Source: Phoronis australis (taxonomy: Eukaryota; Animalia; Phoronida). Taken from it: a stretch of DNA of 64,000 bases. Positions 40,001 through 64,000 of this stretch are shown piece by piece. Both the position numbers and the translations under genes were made by a program. The stretch lies in the NCBI GenBank assembly GCA_002633005.1, contig NMRA01000874.1:1-64000 (forward strand), given 5' to 3'. The notes under the pieces are model-generated. The model had not been told where the DNA came from. It saw only the letters and a program-made list of their open reading frames with translations, and made no database searches. The stretch's first letter is position 1; every line of letters begins with the position of its first letter.

Positions 40001-43000
40001 CTGACAGGGTGAAGAGTTCCACTGTTGGATTCTCTGGGGAAGTATCTCATAAATCCGACTGTAAAAGTAAATAGAGCTTGTGTAAGTTCGGAATAATTTG
40101 TTTGTGGTGATAACAAAATTATTTACTTTCTTCATCTAAGAGTTTGGAAAGCAATTTGGAAGTAATTAAACAGAAGTCACTCAAGTATAATCCACTATGA
40201 ATACACTATAACAATAATGAGTGGTCGCTCTCAGAGTATATGAGACTGTGCAGTGACCTTTGACACCCACAAATAATACTCTTTTACATGACATTCCCTG
40301 TCCTGGCCTAGAGTAACTAAATGTAACAAGCCCACTTTCACCTGAGTTGTCAGCTGAATGGCATTAACAATTCAAACCCTAATGCTAAGAAGAACACCCA
40401 ACACAGGACCACTAGCACCCTCTAGTAAACACATGAAGACACAAACAACACAACAGAACTGTTTGCTTCCAATTCTCAGATATGTTCATTATATTTGAAA
40501 TACAAAATATATTTGTCCTGACCACGTTTGCATACCTGGCTGCCAATTTCAAGCCACATTCGTCTGAGCAGTACTTAGATCCTCTACGCGCAGCTTCAAT
40601 GCATGCTGGCCCATAACACTGTACTGTGGTACCATCTGTTGGCAAGCTACTCAAGGCCAGAGAACTCTCAGATTTTTGTTTCCGGATACTTTTGGGAGTC
40701 TTTTCCTGCATATCAGAACAAGTAAATTACAACACAAGAGATGACAGCCTAAGCAGAGGTCATGTGGTCGGAACGTCGCACCTTTAATACATACCAGAAA
40801 CATTGTTAGCCCACAGGTCAGCATTAGAAGAGACTCAAGTGGCCCAGAATCCTGACTTTCCAATACATTGTTTTAGCGAATGCAGCACTTTTCATAAATA
40901 CCAACTAACGAGTAATGAGACTCTTTACAGCTATTTCAAAGAGATATTTCCCCAATTCTCGCAATTGACTAATTAAAATCATAAAAAGCTGGAAACTGCA
41001 GAGGACAAACAATTAATTTCAACAATTTAAATCCTGAAGAAATCCATCATTAACAGTTATCATTCGCAACTGTTAAGTGAATTAAATCTATTTGATAATT
41101 TATAGCCTCAAAAAGTCACTAATATTGAACACATCACTTCAAACCAATGAGTTAAGTGAGTTAAATTTACAGTTTCCTTAGGCTCACTTACAAACGCCCA
41201 AAAAGACTCCCTTGCAGTGACCACCCCACAATGTACCGCTACATGGTGACCACCACGTGGTGGACTGCTACACGGTGGGCAGCTACACAGTGGACCACTA
41301 CAGTGGACCCCCACATGGTAGACCCCTGCACAGTGAACCACTGCACGGTGGACCGCTACACGGTGGACCGCTACACTGACGAGGATCACCTTACCACTCA
41401 CCTTAGGTGCAGGTTTAGGCTTGGGTCGGGATTTCTTCTGCGGTGCATCAGAGTCAGACGACAAACTTCGTTGGCGTTTTCTAGCCTAAAGCAAATTGAC
41501 AACAGAAAACAAATTGCTAAGTAACTGAATCAGATGTATCTTAACTGGCATGAAAACTCTGTTAAGGTTACTCATTAACAGATTTAAAATGAAAGTGAGT
41601 ACATTCATTGCTGACAATTAAGTGTAAAGCTCTCTACATAGTGACCTGCACAGTATACTTTAAGTAACTGCAAGCCAAAACATTTTCAGATCACGTTAGT
41701 CATTAGTGTCTACTGATGACTGGGAGGGTCACCAGAGAAGCACTTATTGACCGCCACTGGATATCCCTGTTTCACTTTATTGATAACCTAAAGAGACACC
41801 TATTGGCCAACACAGGATAAATCTGCTTCACTTCCTTTGAGAACTAGAGACATCTGTTGGCCAACACAGGATATACTTGAAAACCAGAGACACCCATTGC
41901 CACCACACGGAACTGGGTGGTTATCAAACATACCTATATGTCACCCAGTACTCTGAAGAATATGATACAGAAATTCTTTTCATTTTGAAAATTAAACTTT
42001 TATGATAAGTTTTGAACTCACAATATCAGCGTCAAATTGCAGGCCTATTTTCTTAACTTGAACCTTTCAAGCTTATTGCTCTACAAAGCACCTCAAGTTC
42101 ATCTCTATGTCTTACCTTTGGCAGCTCCGGTTTTTGGTAGTCAGGTATATTTTCATCATCACGGTCACTGCATAAATAAACCAAGAACATATGAGCAATC
42201 AGTAGTCTATAAGTGAAAATAGAATTAGGTCTCTTACTTGCATAAAATCAATGCCATTATATTCCTCATTGTGGTAAGGTTCTTTTTACCTTACAAAGTC
42301 ACAGGCAAAGACCACATGCCCCATAATCAAATTTGCAGTTTAGGGTTGGCTAAACCCAATAAACTCTGAAGCGTTTTCTTCAGTTGCTAATGGTTTTGAT
42401 GTTATTGGTAACAGATATATTATCATATCACAGCAAGGAATATTATGTAACCAATTTTATAAGTCAAAGGCCAAATTTGATTTTGGTTCTTAGCAACTTA
42501 AACAGAGCCAAATGCAGCTTTAAAAGTAATGGACATAAATCTCATGCACACGATTAGAAAATAGAATTTCAAACAAAAAATACTTGTCTATCTTTCTTTG
42601 ACATTGCAGTTTAAAATTCCTTCGAGGTTGTCTCTTTCTTCAGACAATATAGATTGATCTAGTAAGTGAAGTTTGTGCAGTTCAGTGAAGTAAAGCTGCT
42701 CACACTGAGCAGACAGTGTGACCTGAAGATGGTCAAAATATGAGGAGTCCACTATTCAAATCACTTGTGTGATTGATAGCTGTCACATTCAGTGATTGAC
42801 AGCTGTCACATTAACCACTTGTACCCATCAGTTGATCACCTGTACAGAGAATAGTCAGTGTACTCCGTATCTGTTACTGATGTCCCCGATCTTTTATCTT
42901 GAAGGCGATTCTTGGCAAGACCCTGGAATTGAACAGCAAATGATAATCGGAACAATGGCCAAAGTACAAGTCAGAACACACAACGATATCTGTCTTACAC

Positions 43001-46000
43001 TTGGCGAGCAGACAGAGAATATTACACAAGCAAAATGACTGGACGGCTGCTCCGAGATTTAAATTAATGAGAGAAAGAAGTTATGTAAGAACACAATCAT
43101 AGTGAAGACATCTAGTCACTGGTATCTAGCAGTGAGAGTGCTTTGTGGTGCACCCCAAGGCATAGCTAGGCAGCAGCAAACACTGTGCTGTGCTCTTCAA
43201 AAGACTAATAAACAACATTACATAAATTAGACCACAGACAGTATCCACATTTAATGACCCACGAAATTAATGATGTGCGTGCCATGAAAAGTAAGATTAG
43301 GGGGTCTTAGCTACGACTGAATATGAGACCTTTGACAAAATGGCTGCCACGTCTTGATGCCTGCACAGCTGACTCTCTTTTCATTATACAAAATCACTTA
43401 AAATTAAAATACCATCAATGTCCAGGGACCTGTTTCATGAAACGAGACTTAAGACTTAAAACAAAAATTGAGTCTTACTCTCCCACGTCACACTTGTTGG
43501 ATCAAGGTTTACCAATGAAAGTAATTGACCTGTCACAAGCTCCACCCTTTGTGAAATGTTGACAAACAAACAATGAGTTTTATCCGGCAACATGTTGTTT
43601 GTCGGGTAAAATGGCGGCTTGGAAATGAAGGTGTGTCAAGAATCCTGCATTCTGATTGGTCAGTTCAGCCATCACTTAAAATCGTGGCGATAGGTCAATT
43701 ATGAGTGCATCACAGACTAGAAGTAATTCATAGCATTTAGTCAGTAATTAGCAGTTATGTGTATACTCTCAGAGACTTTGCTTTTTTGCTCAAATGAGAT
43801 TTAATTATTTTTCAGAAATAGTTTCTGTCTTGAGTCACTTTCATGAAACGCACCCCAGGGAACATGTTAGTCTTATCGTTCAACTCAAAACAATACTGAC
43901 TTATTATACCACAGGAAAGAGGTCAAAAGCAAAGAGGTCACGCGGCACTTACGAAGTTTTGACACTGACGCAATCTACATTTCTGTCGGAGTTTGTTTGG
44001 TCCCCCAAACTTCTTCATATCCTATAAAGGCAATAAAAGATAACATATAAGTGATGAAAGCTCCACCTATTCAACAACTACCGAGTGTTTAAACCCTAAA
44101 GTAACCATCTCGCGTAACATCACCATGGTGACATGTCATCACAAGTCTGACAATGAGACGCATGTCTTTCATCGACAATATCGGTCCATCTAAGACCAGA
44201 AACCTGTGTCTAGATCTTGAAGAAACAGTCGCAAATATAATGAAGACCGCAAGTCCTAGTTGTGCAGCTAACCCTATACTCATACCACATGACACATGTT
44301 GTACTGAACTTACTTAGGATTCACACTCTACCAGAAGTAGACGCCATCTTAAAATGCTACAACACTGAGTCGACAAACCTACCTTGCAGAAGTCACATCG
44401 ACCACAGTCTTGCTTCCTGTGACAGTGCTCGCACTCGCCACACCGGCGCGTTGACTTGCTTTTGGAACGTGTCTTCAAAGACAAAAACAGCATTAATTAA
44501 AATACTACAGTCTGTAAGTACAGTGCCTACATGTTAAAAATAAAATGTACGGCTTCTGAACAGACATACAGCGCCATCTTTACAAAATTTTGTGAATGTA
44601 GGAAGACAAATTTCAGTTGTTAGTATTACAAAACTGTATACTGTTACGCGATGCCTAAAAATTATATTCTATTATACCAGGACTCAAAACTGTATTGTTA
44701 CCCTATGACTCAAGAAAAAATCAATGATACATTTTGCAGTGGCCTACACTCTACTCAGCATACTGATTACAGTAAAATATCTTCAGTTTGGGAGACAATA
44801 TGGTGGACGGAAGAAATTTCATTGATCAAATTTCTCAACAAAAATAATTTTTCATGAAAATTTACTTTAATGCTTTGAGCATAGTTTGTATGGTGTAGCT
44901 ATTCCAATTGGTAAAATTTTCATCATTTGCAGTAATGTGACTGAAGAATAGAAATAAAGCAGTATGTGCGATTATTTTTATCCCAAATTTAAGATTTTTT
45001 ACCATCATTCCAGTCTGAAGATGATGTTCTACAACAACCTTGTGACTCTATGTGGCTCTTCGTTTAGTTTGAACATACTTAGTTTGCCAATTTTACTATT
45101 ACTACATTTTCAGCGGATAAATATCAAACTAAAACTCCCTGTACATAGAAGTTGGGTATCATGCAGCACAGATATATGGTTCATGCCCACGTTTGCCAAA
45201 AAGGTGCCTCGATTCTACAAAAGGGTTTTTTTCTCACATGAGGGGAATATTATGTCTTCTCCATTCACCAGCACTTACAGTCAAGCCCTGAGGTAAATTT
45301 TGCATGATTTTTAATCAATGCTTTTCATTGGAGAATGAGGGGCTGTTTGGTCCAAAATGGGGCACTGAGGAAACCTGGGCAAAACCACTATGAAACAACA
45401 GAAATAGTTTATTGAAAGCTTTCTCTCGGAACTCAAACAAAGACTGGGCACCTACCTGGTCATCATCAGTTTTATCTTGCTTCGTGGAGTGTTTATGATG
45501 TTTCTCTGAGCGGTGTTTGTCAGAACGATGTTTATCCGAGTGATGTTTACTTGAGTGGTGTTTACTCGAGTGATGTTTACTCGAGTGATGTTTCGTGTGT
45601 TTATCCTTACTACTTTGATGATGATGGTGAGATTTCTTGTAAATGATCTTCAGCATCGGGTCGTTTTCTGGAAATGATTAAATTTTGATATAAAAATAAA
45701 AGAGTGATTCAAAACAAATGATGCTAGATGGTACAAAGTTTTACAGTAAGGACTCCAATCTGCTTAAATAGTGTGTGCTGAATGGTTGAGATTTTTTCAT
45801 AACTCCCAAGTTTGTAATTTCCCCTTGTGTTCATTTATTCATGCCAACAATCACCACACACGTACCACGACAGACGTGGCAGAAGAATCTCTTGATCTTC
45901 CTGGCATCATCCTCATCCACCCCGATACAGTCGCCATGGTACCATTCCTCACAGTTATCACAGCCGCTATAATGTAAACGTAGTTCAGGGGAGACAATCA

Positions 46001-47069
46001 CATTTACCAGATGCACTAAAATGTAAACGTGGTTCAGGGGAGACAATCACAATTATCACAGCAATAGAATGTAATTGTGGTTCAGGGGAGATTCAGTTAT
46101 CATAGCCACTAACAACATCAGTGTGGTTCAGGGGAGACATTCAAAGTAATATTACAGCCACTACAATGTAAATGTGGTTCAGTGGAGGCAATCACTGTTA
46201 ACACAGTACTTGAAAGTACAAAAAGACTGAATTGAATTAATGATACATTTACACATTGGAGAAACAGAAATCCTCAAAACCACGTTATCACTTATCTAAG
46301 GTGGGGATTTGAATTTCTTTCATTTAAAATAACAACTGTTGCAACTTAAACAAAATAAGACAAATAAAAAGAACAACAAGAACTTACATCATAAATCTGC
46401 TGCAGTCCGTCGACCGACATATACAGTACTCTGTTCCATCATCGTAACCTGAGCCCGAACTGGCTGGTTTGTCCTTCTCAATCGTCCGCACAAGTTGCTT
46501 GATCTTGGACTGTCTCTCAGGCAACTTGAACTGGGACGCAATGTCTTCTTGCTTAAGGACAATTTAAAGTTAATAAGTTTTAGAGTGTGACAGCAAAAAT
46601 ATGTCAAACGGCAGTATGTCGTAGAAATGTCTGTGTCGACGAAGGTTCTGAGACACCGCAGACATCTCAAGAAAATGTTAACTACAAAGCCAAACAAAAT
46701 TAGACCTGTATATAATAGAGCTTAAGTTTTACAACAAAAAATGAGACGTGATGAAAGTAACGCATTTTCCCATACATAAGCAAACTTCTATATAAGCCAA
46801 CACGCTGGGGTATCAGCCCACTCGCTGAGATATAAGCCCACTCGCTGAGGTATAAGCCCACTCACTGAGGTATAAGCCCAGCCGTCTTATCTCTTTTAAT
46901 GTCATGTAAACTGACCTCTTCTCAAGCTTAAGCTATGATACGATTATGCATGAATGTCTAATGCCCACCCCTGAATTTTAGACCTCCCAAAATGCAAACC
47001 GAATACAATTTAGCAAAAATCAAACAGAACAAAACTTACCGACACTGCCCCAGAATCACTGTCAGTCAT
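37009..47069 (-). CDS. CXXC1: CXXC-type zinc finger protein 1 (CFP1, SET1/COMPASS subunit)
   Basis: Exons (minus): 47069-47040, 46551-46388, 45966-45866, 45667-45456, 44472-44383, 44021-43953, 42922-42840, 42167-42116, 41485-41402, 40705-40536, 40058-39857 (cut by N at 39856), 39855-39839 (probable exon end SCFVK), 38877-38734, 37886-37734, 37143-37009. PHD finger [124 protein letters not shown]. Confidence 0.95.
39749..39855. repeat. 43-bp tandem repeat (>=2.5 copies) spanning a CXXC1 donor
   Basis: TACCTTTACAAAACAAGAATACATCCGAGACACAA(T/C)TTTGTAA, period 43, ends at N 39856. Confidence 0.9.
41225..41380. repeat. Degenerate 15-bp tandem repeat next to the CXXC1 exon 9 donor
   Basis: GGTGGACCGCTACAC-like units. 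Confidence 0.8.
45950..46205. repeat. ~48-bp degenerate tandem repeat x5 spanning the CXXC1 exon 3 acceptor
   Basis: GTTCAGGGGAG-like core at 45983, 46032, 46080, 46126 and 46176, each preceded by a TTATCACAGCC-like exon-derived segment. Confidence 0.85.
46791..46880. repeat. 20-bp minisatellite, ~4.5 copies
   Basis: TATAAGCCCACTCGCTGAGG. Confidence 0.9.
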
Positions 47070-47786
47070 CGTGATGTGACCTGTAAAATGTGACAGAATT
47101 ACGTAAGTGGGATAGGCCATCAAAAACAATGTTTTTGAACAGTTCATGATCTTTAAGGGTAGGACTGCATAGCATCACGGTTTAACAGTTGTATTACGTA
47201 TCAATATAATAATGACTTGTGTATGTTCCAACAATAGATGAGAAATGTGATAGATCTGGCAAAAAGATATCTTGTGAAAACCGGTCGGTTTTGGCGAATA
47301 ACGTGAACCTCTCTCACTGCTAATTGGTCTTTTCTTTGTCCAATCAGTGTCTTTGGTGATACTCCGGTTCTCCGCTGTACCTACAGGCTCACCCCTTTGA
47401 GTGAGGAGCCTTCAACTTGCAATCGCATTTTGGAGCCTCACAGAAAATCACAGATTTTTGCTTTGACTTCTTCTTGATATGTAAAAAAATTTGCAGACAC
47501 TAAGACTTTAACCAGGGTTTTTCGCGGGAGAGACGAGTATCCAAACCAATCAGCTAAGAGGCAAATGCCATTTGGCAAGTGATTTAAAGATTAAGTTTAT
47601 ATGACTTTACGTCACATGTCAATAGATACGTTCAAGTAATTGTCTCAAGTTTTCAGGTCAGTGGAAGCTACCTGTCTAGGCTGCTGTGGTGAAATTCACC
47701 TGGAACTGTAGCTAGCAGATCAAAAGCCGTAACCTGAGTGAAAGAGGGTGACTGAAGTTCGGAAGAGGTCGCAACTAACCCCAGAG

Positions 47787-48200
47787 CAGTTGCAGTCCAA
47801 ACTGATGCCTGCACCAAACTGATTTGGCACGCATTGGTGACCCAATCTGATGCCTGTGCCAAACTGAAGCTACTGCAAGTTCCTAAATTAATGCTTGTGG
47901 TTTACAGGTTTTTGTAATAGCTATCAGAACTGTTGAAATGGACAACAATGATTGCTCAAGTATACAGGTCTTAAGTATTTATCACAGGGGGGAAGTGTCC
48001 TGAGAAACTATTACGCACCACCCTGCACTCATTGTCGTTAATTTCGGATCTTCTAACCCTTCACCCGTAAACCACTAGCCATAATTTGGAAGCTTATGGT
48101 AGCTTCAGTCAGGCGTAAGCATCAGTTTGGCTCACAAACCCACGCCAAATTGAAGTGCGCTTAATCAGTTTGGAGCAGTCATCAGTTTGGGCTGCAACAG
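47787..48200. mobile_element. MITE with CCAAACTGAT subterminal repeats
   Basis: GTTGCAGTCCAAACTGATGCCTGCACCAAACTGATT vs AATCAGTTTGGAGCAGTCATCAGTTTGGGCTGCAAC are inverted. Confidence 0.65.
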
Positions 48201-48280
48201 AGCCAACTTTGACAGTTCATCAACGGACAGCCTGCTGCTTGAACAGAGCCCAGTGCAAGTAAATCCCTTTAACCATTAGC

Positions 48281-48805
48281 AATTGTTCTTTCTTCTAATA
48301 CCATTCACGGTATCCTGCTCCAGCGAGATTGCAACAAATTCGAGGTCAAAGCAGAAAAATGGTCCCAAAAAGCCCATGCGTACTTCCAACTTCGACGGTT
48401 CAAGGTCAAGAACAGTACGGCATTTGCCGATTTGTCACGGAATGTCACGACATCGATAACTCCACACTTAGCCAGGCAATTTTGTAACATTCCGTGATGA
48501 ACTGGCAATTGCCGTCCATCCGAAACTCATCGGATAATTCTGTACTGTCCTTGACCTCGAACCATCAAAGTAGGAAGTACGCATGGGCTTTTTGATCTTT
48601 GGGAATATTTTTGTGTTTTGGCCGCGAATTTGTTGCAAACTCGCTGGAGCAGGACACAGTTGCTAATGGTTTGTTGAAACCTTGTTTTGTGTAAATTTAT
48701 TAAGTTTTGTGTTTGATAAGGACGGATGAAGTGAAGCACCCGTGGAATTCTTTGTTCCGAGTGTCATACCTTGTAGTACTATTGTAGTGTATTGGGACGA
48801 TCAGA
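48281..48805. mobile_element. Foldback/palindromic MITE-like repeat, family B copy 2
   Basis: Same orientation and sequence as 25647-26215 (ATTGTTCTTTCTTCTAATACCATTCA.., GAAGTGAAGCACCC, GTGTCATACCTTGTA); right arm partly deleted. Confidence 0.75.
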
Positions 48806-49124
48806 ACTTCAAGCAGAGGACGCCTGTGATTCTATACATTCGATACATTCGGCATTCGATACCCAGACCACACACATAAGCAGAACTATTGAGCTCGACC
48901 ACGGACAACTAAGATGTAAGGTAAGACACCTTTTAGGTCTAGGAATCACTACAATTTGACCACCCAAGCCAAGGCACAACACTTCGTTTTCTGTTTGGAT
49001 TTCAGTGAGTTTTAATGGCCATAGTTTCAGGATTCGAACTAAAGCGTCTCTTGTGTGAGATGCATTGTTTCTAACCAAGGCAATGAAGTGTGTTACGCTG
49101 AAATCAATGAAAAGATTAACATAC

Positions 49125-49450
49125 CTTTTGTTGTCTGCAAACGGATCTTCTTTCGGGTACTGATTTTTTGTATCTCCACATTAAAAGACTTCTAACGTAT
49201 GAAAGTATGGATTCAGAGAATATTTTTTGAAAATATAAATAATTATTTTGTTCAAAATATAGCTTTTTAAGAGAAATAAGATGACAAAAATTTATCACTC
49301 AATTATATTTCTAATTTTATTTGTCTAAATATTTTCATTTATACAACAAAATGATAATATTGTTGATAATTAGTGTTTTGTCAACAGCTACTGTTCCATT
49401 TTCACTGCTGGGTAGTCGAATGGTTTTGAAGTGAACGGTGTCTTTACAGA
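49125..49450. promoter_or_regulatory. Probable bidirectional promoter region for CXXC1 and DNM1L
   Basis: The genes diverge. The CXXC1 ATG exon has an upstream acceptor (TTTTACAG, 47081-82), so it needs a 5' UTR exon; a minus-strand donor AAG|GTATGT lies at 49125/49124, ~325 bp from the DNM1L ATG, across a very AT-rich spacer. Inference only. Confidence 0.45.
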
Positions 49451-63886
<14,436 letters not shown>

Positions 63887-64000
63887 GGGCAGTGTAAAGG
63901 TCAAGGTCAGTCTTTAGCCACCACTCTAAATGGTCGTGGGTTGTACAGTATTGTCGCTGTGTACATGTACAGTTTGATGACTTGTAAAACTTTGAATGGC

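Noticed and set aside
38150-44950. Similar AT-rich segments at ~38200-38400 and ~44780-44950 as a conserved regulatory element
   Set aside because: They look like old copies of a dispersed repeat and I could not define ends.

Overview
Intron-rich, repeat-rich eukaryotic genomic DNA from an invertebrate (lophotrochozoan/mollusc-like by inference from the repeat types). I could reconstruct three conserved genes exon by exon by hand: DNAJC2/MPP11 (minus, 26340->2541, 16 coding exons, ~622 aa), CXXC1/CFP1 (minus, 47069->37009, with part of one exon lost at an assembly N), and DNM1L/Drp1 (plus, 49451->63886, 16 exons, ~695 aa). CXXC1 and DNM1L are head-to-head. Between DNAJC2 and CXXC1 is a candidate orphan gene (31456-35370) for a small secreted Cys-rich protein. 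Introns hold a truncated Mag-like Ty3/Gypsy retrotransposon, a Helentron-derived (HINE-like) element, TTAA-targeting Kolobok-like elements (one with THAP fragments and a nested hAT-like element), several MITEs, a tRNA-derived SINE family and many minisatellites. The most striking pattern is that at least six tandem arrays are built from a unit that spans an exon/intron junction, so the real splice site is followed or preceded by up to ~20 decoy copies of itself. All coordinates and translations were read by eye; no database search was run.
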